Positions 8,737 through 16,223 of a stretch of 64,000 nt of DNA are shown here, piece after piece. The DNA lies in IMG/VR virus record IMGVR_UViG_3300050821_001858, positions 49,067 to 113,066 of that record; one strand, given 5' to 3'. The translations under genes and the position numbers were made by a program. Position 1 is the first letter of the stretch; each line of letters begins with the position of its first letter. This stretch comes from a virus. Under the pieces are notes generated by a model. It was not told the DNA's origin and searched no databases. It worked only from the letters and a program-made list of their open reading frames with translations.

Positions 8737-8821
8737 GCGAGAGTGATGGAACTGGTAGACTTGCCGGTCTAAGAAGCCGGTGCCTTCGGGCGTGGGAGTT
8801 CGAGTCTCCCCTTTCGCACCA
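8737..8821 (+). tRNA. tRNA-Leu(AAG), copy 2
   Basis: Differs from copy 1 at one position. Confidence 0.9.
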
Positions 8822-8833
8822 ATTTAGGATAAT

Positions 8834-8910
8834 GCGCTAATAGCCCAACGGCAGGAGGCAACGGTCTTAGAAGCCGTACAGTGTCAGTTCGAATCTGACT
8901 TGGCGCACCA
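8834..8910 (+). tRNA. tRNA-Leu(TAG), short variable region
   Basis: acggt-ctTAGaa-gccgt. Confidence 0.88.
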
Positions 8911-8998
8911 TTTTATGATTGGAAAAAATATTGGAAAGTATTATTTATGGAACAAATATGACTTTCAAACGTTATCTCCTATAGAAGGGAGGTAACTT

Positions 8999-9220
8999 AT
9001 GATAGCAATGGCAATTTCTATCTTATGGTTGCTGATTGGTTTGATTGTTATATTAGGTGTAGTATGGCTTGCACTTTATGTTGTTAAGCTATTTACTCCT
9101 GTGCCAGATGCAGTTGAAAAAGCTGTTTGGGCAATTGTTTTGATATTATGTTTGATTTCAGCCCTAGGCTTACTAGGGGGTGGATCAGTAGGAATACCAC
9201 ATCCACCTTGGATGCATTAA
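8999..9220 (+). CDS. Two-TM membrane protein
   Basis: Two hydrophobic helices, SD GGAGG. Confidence 0.75.
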   Translation: MIAMAISILWLLIGLIVILGVVWLALYVVKLFTPVPDAVEKAVWAIVLILCLISALGLLGGGSVGIPHPPWMH

Positions 9221-9405
9221 CTAGGGGGCTTCTTTGCCCCCTTCCTTTTATTTAAATAAAACGAAGAAATGGGTTCGATTCCCATACTTTTATAGGTCGC
9301 GGAAAGCCCGTTCGAAAGGGTAGACACAGACACCGAAAGTAGAGAGTAATTAACTCGAAATCACTATTAAAGTGAGCCATATGGATACGGCATTCGTTGC
9401 TATAA

Positions 9406-9478
9406 GAGCGGAAACGGAGATTGTTCGAATCCTCCCTGCGCCGACAGGCGTTGTAGTTTAATGGGCAAAACACCGCTC
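9406..9478 (+). ncRNA. Circularly permuted tRNA-like domain (YrlA/Y-RNA-like), part of a larger structured RNA at about 9269-9488
   Basis: gagcgg, T-arm, acceptor closed by GACA, D-arm, ccgctc. Confidence 0.65.
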
Positions 9479-9497
9479 GCCTATAGCAGAATTTTAT

Positions 9498-9573
9498 GGG
9501 TCATTCGCCAAGTGGAAAGGCACGGGTTTTACACGCCCTGATTGCGAAGGTTCGATTCCTTCATGACCTACCA
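9498..9573 (+). tRNA. tRNA-Val(TAC)
   Basis: gggt-ttTACac-gccc. Confidence 0.88.
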
Positions 9574-9623
9574 GATGTCTCGGGAGTGAGAGGGCGACAG
9601 TCGAAAATTTTTTGAAAAAATTC

Positions 9624-9652
9624 TTGACTGTCCCTTCGACTTGCTGTAGAGT
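9624..9652 (+). promoter_or_regulatory. Sigma70-type promoter upstream of the large ncRNA
   Basis: TTGACT-17-TAGAGT. Confidence 0.55.
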
Positions 9653-9784
9653 ACTGAAACTGAGAACAGAGTTGAGAGAAATCGAAACACAACATAGGAG
9701 GCAATCATGTGACCGCAAGGTCATAAACAGCCAACAACTTTAATTGTTTTTGTGTGTAAAAGTGTGTAGAGAGTTTAAAGGTTA

Positions 9785-9863
9785 GGGAGAAATCACGGTT
9801 CGAGTCCGTGCGTTGTGGGGAAACCTGCTTTGTCGTCTAATGGTTAGGACGCTCCCGTTTCTA
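9785..9863 (+). ncRNA. Circularly permuted tRNA-Glu-like element
   Basis: gggag-aaat, perfect T-arm, acceptor closed by GAAA, Glu-type D-arm, ctccc-gtTTCta. Confidence 0.75.
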
Positions 9864-10892
9864 TTCGTCTTTGGACGGATTAGGGCAAGCCCCCCTGAAT
9901 GTGTGGGTATTAATATCAGAAAGTGTGTTATCACAAGGTAGTGTACACTACCTACCTACCGGGAGATAGGTACGCAAGCCTATCTCCCATTTAAAATTAT
10001 CAGATGTATTACAGATTGGGGGCATAGCCTCGTCAGGATAAGCCAGGGTGACTTGGTAAAAGCGGTAAGTCTTCCTACAGACCCGCACTATTAGCAATAA
10101 TAGCCCATCTATGCAGGTCCGGTCTTCCCCGTGAGGGGCAATCGATGGCATCGGTTGTAAAGCAGGACGGTTAGGTAAGGTCGAAAGATAGGTTCGAGGG
10201 TAACACTGTAGAGCCAAGTCCCGAAAGGACACCTTACGTTCAAACTAACTTACTGTGTATAGATAACGGATAGTGGGATACAGAGCATGAGACTTGCAAT
10301 CTAATGCGACCCGCAAAATGGAGGATAATGGCTGACGTTAACACAGTCGGACAGCATCCAAGAATTTGGTTTAGTAGCTCGCAAGGCGAAGGACAGTTGC
10401 CGTGTTGTATTTGGTACCTCAAAAGGGTATTGAGCAACAGTCGCAGCACGTCAAGTAGGTTTCCGATAATTGAAACTAGGTGTTTCAATCTCACTGTGAA
10501 TGAGATGTCGGTTGGTTCAAATCCAACTTATCATGCAGAAAAAGCAAAGTCTGCGACTGTGTTGAATGAAAGTGGTTTAATCCTATGAGTCCTTTGGACT
10601 AACATAGGGGATTTGTTACTCGCAAGGTGACAGTCTTTGATAGCGTGATTTGTCATAGAGGGTTAGCCCCCTCGAATAGCTCGCAAGGCTAGTGGTGAAA
10701 AGCATGTCGAATAGTTCAACATGAAAGAGGTACCGCCCCCTCTATAATCAAGGCAACCATGTGACGATACTGGATAGTTGTCCAGTGGAAATCGGGGAAC
10801 CTTTCTTAAATGTGCGCTCCGTCGCCGCATCCCTCGCAGGATGGAGGATAATCCCGTAAGTTGTCATGTAGAACCCGTATTCTCAGGGTTTT
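9864..10892 (+). ncRNA. Large structured ncRNA, GOLLD-like (5' boundary uncertain)
   Basis: About 1 kb with no credible ORF inside a tRNA array; many GNRA-capped hairpins (ctcgcaagg x3); gtgttgtatt..gtacctcaaaagggta..gcaac and terminal gtattctcaggg segments resemble GOLLD from memory. Confidence 0.65.
10463..10536 (+). tRNA. tRNA-His(GTG)-like domain embedded in the large ncRNA, no CCA
   Basis: gataa/ttatc, tctca-ctGTGaa-tgaga, gttgg-ttcaaat-ccaac. Confidence 0.65.
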
Positions 10893-11025
10893 ATCTTTTT
10901 ATCGCGTGGGTGTCCAATGTTCCGATGTGCAGGACACATCTGGCTTGACCATTGCGCGGAGTAATCCCAGGTCAAGGAATAACTGATTACCAGTCGGAAC
11001 AACCTTCCACGCGATAAGAGGATAA
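10891..11025 (+). ncRNA. Orphan branched structured RNA
   Basis: Nested stems ttatcgcgtgg/ccacgcgataa, tgttccga/tcggaaca, cttgacc/ggtcaag. Confidence 0.5.
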
Positions 11026-11029
11026 TGAA

Positions 11030-11206
11030 ATGTATTTTCAAACAACATCAAAAGCTATTAAGCAATGGTTACTTGATAGTAGAATATCTCTTATCTATGA
11101 AAGATATGATAACCCATTTAATGATTTTTTTCTCCGGTTATATCAAACACAGATTAATAATAATGTACATTTTGTAATTCGACAACATTTATTTACGCGC
11201 GATTAA
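11030..11206 (+). CDS. Micro-ORF family hypothetical protein
   Basis: 58 aa, SD GAGGA, stop lies inside tRNA-Val. Confidence 0.5.
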   Translation: MYFQTTSKAIKQWLLDSRISLIYERYDNPFNDFFLRLYQTQINNNVHFVIRQHLFTRD

Positions 11207-11271
11207 CTCATTGGTAGAGTGCAACTTTGACATAGTTGAAGTAAAAGGTCCGATTCCTTTATCGCGCACCA
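11197..11271 (+). tRNA. tRNA-Val(GAC)
   Basis: caact-ttGACat-agttg. Confidence 0.9.
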
Positions 11272-11275
11272 TTAT

Positions 11276-11354
11276 GGTCGGGTAGCTTAAAATATAAAGT
11301 AGCTGAAGCCTTGAAACTTCGGCAATGTAGGTGAAATCCCTACCCTGATCGCCA
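11276..11354 (+). tRNA. Non-canonical tRNA-like RNA (7-bp anticodon stem, 8-nt loop)
   Basis: ggtcggg/cctgatc, gctgaag-ccttgaaa-cttcggc, T-loop TGAAATC, GCCA. Confidence 0.65.
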
Positions 11355-11429
11355 ATTAAATCCTAGAGTAAGTCCCCTTTGTTTTTCGACAAGGTGAGAT
11401 ATAACCATTGTAGCATCTAGGATTATTAT

Positions 11430-11528
11430 GCCTCGGTAGCTTAGAAAATAGAGCGCATCCCGTTTAATATTCATATGGTGGATATTGGGAGGGGTGAGAC
11501 GTAGGTGAAATACCTACCAGAGGCACCA
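11430..11528 (+). tRNA. Non-canonical tRNA-like RNA with greatly extended anticodon arm
   Basis: gcctcgg/cagaggc, nearly the same T-arm gtaggtgaaatacctac, ACCA. Confidence 0.65.
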
Positions 11529-11543
11529 ACGATAGAGGATATT

Positions 11544-11729
11544 ATGGCACGCAAATCTTTTTTGGATTGTAAACATGAGAATGTTCAAGAGTTTACGGAA
11601 TGTTGTCTTGATTGTGGATATAATATTTGGACAACAAAAAAAGAATATCTGAAAGACCTTCAGCGACAAGCTGGTGGGAAAAACGTTGAAGAAATTCGAA
11701 AGCTTGAAAAACAGCTTGGAATAGGTTAA
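11544..11729 (+). CDS. Small Cys-containing hypothetical protein
   Basis: CKH...CCLDC, SD GAGG. Confidence 0.6.
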   Translation: MARKSFLDCKHENVQEFTECCLDCGYNIWTTKKEYLKDLQRQAGGKNVEEIRKLEKQLGIG

Positions 11730-11730
11730 T

Positions 11731-11803
11731 GCGAGGTTAGTTTAGTGGCAGAATAGGCGCTTGATAGGCGTTTGGCTCGGGTTCGATTCCCGTACTCGCA
11801 CCA
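11731..11803 (+). tRNA. tRNA-Ile(GAT)
   Basis: ggcgc-ttGATag-gcgtt. Confidence 0.8.
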
Positions 11804-11809
11804 TTTCAT

Positions 11810-11884
11810 GGACCAGTGGCTTGACGGGGAAGCAGTAGACTTTTAATCTTCGATATAGGGGTTCGAATCCCCTCTGGTCTTCCA
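11810..11884 (+). tRNA. tRNA-Lys(TTT)
   Basis: ctTTTaa anticodon loop, T-arm, CCA. Confidence 0.87.
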
Positions 11885-12014
11885 ATAGAATGCATTAGTA
11901 TATTCTACAGATATTAATGTGAAAAGTATACGGTTCCGGTTGCATGTTTTGTAGAGAGTATATTGTAAACGTAAAGGGGGACAGTCTTCAAAACGGGAAC
12001 CCAATAAATATCGA

Positions 12015-12254
12015 ATGCTAAGCGGATATGGGTTGACAACGGCTCACATTTTGTATAGAATACCGGACTACCAGAACATCCTTCAAACGTTTGTCTGGCA
12101 AGAATTTGACTTTCATCCTGAGTATCCTCATTTGAGGAAGTTTCTTGTCTTCTGGCATAAGAAGATTGAAGGACCGATCTTTAAGGTCGAAGTTGCTCAT
12201 GCTGGTTATGAAAACAAGATTGAACTTGCAAAGGATATCTGGAAATTACAATGA
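12015..12254 (+). CDS. usg: Usg-family protein
   Basis: GYGLTTAHILYRIPD...LQTFVWQEFD..PEYP.L..FL.FW...IEGP...V.VAH. Confidence 0.85.
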   Translation: MLSGYGLTTAHILYRIPDYQNILQTFVWQEFDFHPEYPHLRKFLVFWHKKIEGPIFKVEVAHAGYENKIELAKDIWKLQ

Positions 12255-12469
12255 ATATGATTAAAGATATAATTGAAGAGTTGTATGGAAATATGTTCGA
12301 TGCAACTAATACATCAACAATTTATGATTGGCGTAGTGCTTTTGAATATTATAAAGTAATAGGATATGATGAAATGAGATATCTGGATATACGACGATCA
12401 GAATTTTCCCAGATGCCCTTAGGGTATATGTGGAATAATCACGATAAGATTTTTAGATCAGTGGAATAA
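12251..12469 (+). CDS. Micro-ORF family hypothetical protein
   Basis: ATGA-coupled, ends IFRSVE. Confidence 0.5.
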   Translation: MNMIKDIIEELYGNMFDATNTSTIYDWRSAFEYYKVIGYDEMRYLDIRRSEFSQMPLGYMWNNHDKIFRSVE

Positions 12470-12470
12470 T

Positions 12471-12547
12471 GGACCAATGGCTCGATTGGAATGGCACGCC
12501 GCTCTTAACGGTTGTTTATAAGGGTTCGATTCCCTTTTGGTCCTCCA
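12471..12547 (+). tRNA. tRNA-Lys(CTT)
   Basis: gccg-ctCTTaa-cggt. Confidence 0.87.
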
Positions 12548-12554
12548 TTTTAAT

Positions 12555-12629
12555 GCGTCTGGACGCTGCTAGTGTGGCGACTCCCCTGTCACGGGAGCGA
12601 GCGGGGAGCGTAACCCCGTAGACGCGCCA
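12555..12629 (+). tRNA. tRNA-Asp(GTC), atypical T-loop
   Basis: ctccc-ctGTCac-gggag, G73. Confidence 0.82.
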
Positions 12630-12792
12630 ATTCCCCGTATCTCGCTAGTAGGTACAGCATTATATTGATTAGCTGGTACGTGGGATAAAACAGGTCACAA
12701 AGAGAGTTGAGAGCCTTTACATGTGACCCGTTGGATAAAAATGCTGATAGTTTATCGCAATGAATTGTGGCTCATGGTTTTATAGGTGATCA

Positions 12793-12978
12793 ATGATCCG
12801 TGATACGGAAGCTAGAGAAATTGAAAGATTGTATGCTGTCTATGCAAAGACTGTAGGGTATTTTGGAGAAGCTTTGAAGACTATACCTGATCATCCTTTG
12901 ACTTTTTTTCCTATTAAACCGTATCAACGTAGTATTAGAAGATACATACAAGAGACAATAAGTTATTTTTTTAGTTAA
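12793..12978 (+). CDS. Micro-ORF family hypothetical protein
   Basis: 61 aa, FP motif, ends YFFS. Confidence 0.5.
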   Translation: MIRDTEAREIERLYAVYAKTVGYFGEALKTIPDHPLTFFPIKPYQRSIRRYIQETISYFFS

Positions 12979-12979
12979 A

Positions 12980-13056
12980 CAGGGCGTAGCTCAGTCTGGT
13001 AGAGTTCTCGTTTTGGAAACGAGCGGTCGCACGTTCGAGTCGTGCCGTCCTGACCA
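12980..13056 (+). tRNA. tRNA-Pro(TGG)
   Basis: Canonical cloverleaf. Confidence 0.93.
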
Positions 13057-13076
13057 ATTATTCACCATAAAAATCT

Positions 13077-13150
13077 CAGGGAGTAGCTTAGTGGTAAAGT
13101 TCTCGCTTCGGAAGCGAGCGACAAAGGTTCGATTCCTTTTTCCCTGACCA
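13077..13150 (+). tRNA. tRNA-Pro(CGG)
   Basis: ctcgc-ttCGGaa-gcgag. Confidence 0.92.
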
Positions 13151-13257
13151 TTTCATAAAAAGTTCCTCTAAATAAAAATCTTTTTTACTCGATTATTGCG
13201 ATTGCTAAGAGTTTTCTCCCCTAAATACTACGTCGAACACAAAGACGCGGAGGGAAA

Positions 13258-13617
13258 ATGAATTTAGATCAATATCAGCGCCTCTTTGTGATGTTAGAAC
13301 TAGTCTTACACGAACAAAGGGAGTTAAAGAAGATGGTAGTAGATTTTACAGCACTTATAAGCCAAGTTGCTAACACTGTTGGTGCAGAACAGTCAGCAAT
13401 TGTTGCAATTCAGGGTATCGCAGCAGAAATTCAGGCAGCAGTAGCTTCCGAAGATTCAGCAGCAGCAACCGAGATTGCATCTCTTGCATCTCAGCTTTCG
13501 GCTTCAGCTAATGCTCTAGCAGCAGCAGTTGCAACCACGGTTCCGGCTAACACTGTAAGTAACACTGTTGTTGCGAACACTGTTCCGGTTACCAATACCG
13601 CTCCGGTATCTAACTAA
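13258..13617 (+). CDS. Ala-rich hypothetical protein with ANT-rich tail
   Basis: SD GGAGG, upstream TAAATA, downstream terminator. Confidence 0.75.
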   Translation: MNLDQYQRLFVMLELVLHEQRELKKMVVDFTALISQVANTVGAEQSAIVAIQGIAAEIQAAVASEDSAAATEIASLASQLSASANALAAAVATTVPANTVSNTVVANTVPVTNTAPVSN

Positions 13618-13641
13618 TACGCCTTTCCAGGGCGTCGTGTT

Positions 13642-13670
13642 AGGGGGGCAGCAATGTCCCCCTTTCTTTT
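13642..13670 (+). terminator. Intrinsic terminator
   Basis: aggggggca-gcaa-tgtccccct followed by a T-run. Confidence 0.75.
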
Positions 13671-13685
13671 ATAAGGGAGATCAAG

Positions 13686-13877
13686 ATGCGAGATTTTCGT
13701 AGAGGAAGAGAATATGGGCGTGTTGAGATTGTGCAGGTTTCTGTTGCTAACACAGCCAATACTGCTAATACGACAAGTAACACTAGTACAACCACCAATC
13801 CTTTAGCTAACGTTGTAAATCAAGTAGCTAATGTGGGTAGTATCTTTTCAAGTTTAGGTAATCTATTCAAACGTTAA
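13686..13877 (+). CDS. Small protein with ANT-rich tract and amphipathic C-terminus
   Basis: SD GGGAG. Confidence 0.65.
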   Translation: MRDFRRGREYGRVEIVQVSVANTANTANTTSNTSTTTNPLANVVNQVANVGSIFSSLGNLFKR

Positions 13878-13878
13878 T

Positions 13879-13969
13879 GCGCTTCGGTGTTGGACATGAG
13901 ATGGACTTATAAACCATTTTGCAGCGGACGGCTGTATCTAACTAGGTTCGAATCCTAGGAGGCGCACCA
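13879..13969 (+). tRNA. tRNA-Ile(TAT), minimal D-arm and long variable arm
   Basis: gcgcttc/gaggcgc, atgga-ctTATaa-accat, canonical T-arm, ACCA. Confidence 0.78.
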
Positions 13970-14011
13970 TTTTTCCTTGACTGGTAGGACTTAATCTGCT
14001 AGGATGGTATC

Positions 14012-14413
14012 ATGAAAGCTATGATGTCAATTGACCAATATGCTGATCCATTGCCCTTGTTGACAATGTTCGTGCATGGTTGCCCCCACAAGAGGGTTTA
14101 TCGTCCGTATCTTCAAAGGATGCGAGATGATTTCACACATTCGGCTCAGAGGCAACTTAAGTTGCCGTTCATCAAGAACGAGTATAATTCAGGTTATATG
14201 ATTGATTATCCTATCGATATTAACGTGGTCTATACTAATCCCATGAGTGAGGATATGGATCACTTGATGGAAGCATTGTATATGATCATGGATGGTCCTT
14301 CAGGTTCTTTGAAGGGTCCTTCAGTTCTAAAGGATGATCGATTGATCAAAGGTTTTTCTTGTCGGATATATTATCCCGAAGATAAAACCAAACGTGAAAC
14401 GGAGAGATGGTAA
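14012..14413 (+). CDS. RusA-like nuclease-fold protein
   Basis: DMDHL....MD...VLKDDRLI acidic motif pattern. Confidence 0.5.
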   Translation: MKAMMSIDQYADPLPLLTMFVHGCPHKRVYRPYLQRMRDDFTHSAQRQLKLPFIKNEYNSGYMIDYPIDINVVYTNPMSEDMDHLMEALYMIMDGPSGSLKGPSVLKDDRLIKGFSCRIYYPEDKTKRETERW

Positions 14414-14585
14414 TGGTAACATATGTTTATATTTTAGTATTCTGTGTTGCCACCAACTTTGCATCTTGTCAACCGATTAAAGTTTTTGCACATAGTTCGG
14501 GTTGTGTTGCAGAGATAAAATCTAATCCTATTTCAAGACACGGATACTATGATTGTTTTGAATTACAAGTACATGAGGATTAATT

Positions 14586-14777
14586 ATGGGTTCAACATCA
14601 GCAGCAAAAAAGCGTTCCGACGCTTATCAATTTGGAGAACAAGCACGACATTTTTTCAAGACGTTTAATGGTAACAGGTTAGCCCAAGATGGTAAGCCTG
14701 TTCCTCACCCTAATGATCTTGAACAACGTAAACGTTTTCCAGAACGTAAACCTAAGAAAGCAAAACAGGAAGGTTAA
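14586..14777 (+). CDS. Small basic hypothetical protein
   Basis: SD GAGG; stop lies inside tRNA-Ser. Confidence 0.65.
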   Translation: MGSTSAAKKRSDAYQFGEQARHFFKTFNGNRLAQDGKPVPHPNDLEQRKRFPERKPKKAKQEG

Positions 14778-14854
14778 GTCGCCAGGGAGCGACCACGGCT
14801 TCGAACACCGTAGGTACCTAACGGTATAGGATTCGAGTTCCTCGCCTTCCACCA
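14768..14854 (+). tRNA. tRNA-Ser(CGA), atypical (8/4-like)
   Basis: 5-bp D-stem, ttCGAac loop, long variable arm, 4-bp T-stem. Confidence 0.75.
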
Positions 14855-14898
14855 TTTTTTCCTTGACAATTCAAGGAAACTCTGATACATTCCATTAT

Positions 14899-14973
14899 GC
14901 TAGCGACCAAGGATTTGGGACCTCGGCTGTGAACCGGGCGTAAGTTGTGGCTTGACTCCACCCGCTAGTACCA
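14899..14973 (+). tRNA. tRNA-His(GTG), A73, no G-1
   Basis: ctcgg-ctGTGaa-ccggg; 4-bp T-stem. Confidence 0.78.
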
Positions 14974-15000
14974 TTTTTCTCAAACCATGGAGTATATATT

Positions 15001-15258
15001 ATGACTATTACTGTTGCTGATTTGGTTCCGGGAGCGTTTTTGGTTAACGTCAATAATGATATTTTGGTTATTCTTGGACCGTCATCCAAAAAAGAAAATC
15101 ATCTGAAGGCTCTTCTTGTTGATAATTTGGGTGTTGAAGTTTCTCGATTTGAGATTAGTCATCTCGTTGAGGCTCTTAATACGAGTGAGATGCGTTTAGT
15201 TGATCTTGAGGAAGGGGAAAACGATATGCAGGAAGTATCAGAAACGGAAAAGGTTTAA
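15001..15258 (+). CDS. Hypothetical protein
   Basis: SD GGAG, same initiation region as the ORF at 8519. Confidence 0.65.
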   Translation: MTITVADLVPGAFLVNVNNDILVILGPSSKKENHLKALLVDNLGVEVSRFEISHLVEALNTSEMRLVDLEEGENDMQEVSETEKV

Positions 15259-15267
15259 TATAATAAA

Positions 15268-15355
15268 GGAAGGATGTGTGAGTGGTTTAAACAGCTACCC
15301 TGGAAAGGTAGTATACCGAGAGGTATCGTCGGTTCGAATCCGACTTCTTCCGCCA
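15268..15355 (+). tRNA. tRNA-Ser(GGA)
   Basis: Canonical class II cloverleaf. Confidence 0.93.
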
Positions 15356-15366
15356 TTTAATAGAAT

Positions 15367-15454
15367 GGATAGTTGGCAGAGTGGATGATCGCACTTGTCT
15401 TGAAAACAAGCGTACCGAGAGGTACCGTGGGTTCGAATCCTACACTATCCGCCA
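15367..15454 (+). tRNA. tRNA-Ser(TGA)
   Basis: Canonical class II cloverleaf. Confidence 0.93.
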
Positions 15455-15471
15455 TTTAAAAGAGACGTGAG

Positions 15472-16074
15472 ATGTTATTATATCATGGAACAAGTAAGAA
15501 ATTGGTTGATGATATTTTGAAAGAAGGTTTGAAACCTCGGGGAGAAGATAAAGGTAACTGGTACGTAAATAACATACCAAGCCATCCCGATTTAATATAC
15601 CTAACTGATCAGAAATGGCTAACGTATTTTTACGCTCTTAATTGTGCGGTTAATACAATGTCAAATGGAGGGTGTCTTCTTACAATTGATACTGAATTTC
15701 TTGACGAAGATAAGTTTCGGATTGACGAAAATTACTACACCGAAATTGAATTGGATCGAACAAATGCTACTAATAAGGCTGTTCCTTTTGAAATACGATA
15801 TGATCAATTAGATAGAATAGCATCAGATAAACGTTGGAAAGAATCGTTATCTGTATGTAATGCTTGTTCTTTTAAAGGGGTCATTCCTCCGACAGCTATT
15901 ATAAGTACTGATTATGTCGATAATGAATGGAATCCTCTTTTTAGAAAAGAGTTTGTGGCTTCTTCAGATGTAGAAGCTAATTTAGCAACAATTAAAGTTG
16001 TTTTGGACACTACAGGAGTTTTCATAAATACCAACACAGGTGAATGCTGTTGGGAAGATAGAATTTCAACTTGA
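15472..16074 (+). CDS. ADP-ribosyltransferase/Tpt1(KptA)-like fold protein
   Basis: LYHGTS...ILKEGLKP...IYLT...IPP..I. Confidence 0.6.
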   Translation: MLLYHGTSKKLVDDILKEGLKPRGEDKGNWYVNNIPSHPDLIYLTDQKWLTYFYALNCAVNTMSNGGCLLTIDTEFLDEDKFRIDENYYTEIELDRTNATNKAVPFEIRYDQLDRIASDKRWKESLSVCNACSFKGVIPPTAIISTDYVDNEWNPLFRKEFVASSDVEANLATIKVVLDTTGVFINTNTGECCWEDRIST

Positions 16075-16130
16075 CCACGGATGTACTGGCAAGTTAGTTG
16101 GGGAGTTGGAAGCCCTTACAAACCGTTTAT

Positions 16131-16207
16131 AGCGCGGACAAGCTTCGGTAGGCTGGCATGTCTCATAAGCATGTGTAAAGTGGGTTCGACCCCCACCTGC
16201 GCAACCA
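16131..16207 (+). tRNA. tRNA-Met(CAT), 1:72 mismatch (initiator-like)
   Basis: catgt-ctCATaa-gcatg. Confidence 0.8.
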
Positions 16208-16223
16208 AAATAAAGGATATATC

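Noticed and set aside
9252-10588. ORFs listed across the ncRNA region on both strands
   Set aside because: They have no SD or protein-like features and overlap clear RNA structures.
11430-11528. Ordinary intron-containing tRNA-Lys(TTT)
   Set aside because: It would need G33, there is no clear bulge-helix-bulge, and the insert is too short to self-splice.
12631-12790. Possible ncRNA after tRNA-Asp
   Set aside because: Only two short helices (cagcatt/aatgctg, ggtcaca/tgtgacc); not enough to call.
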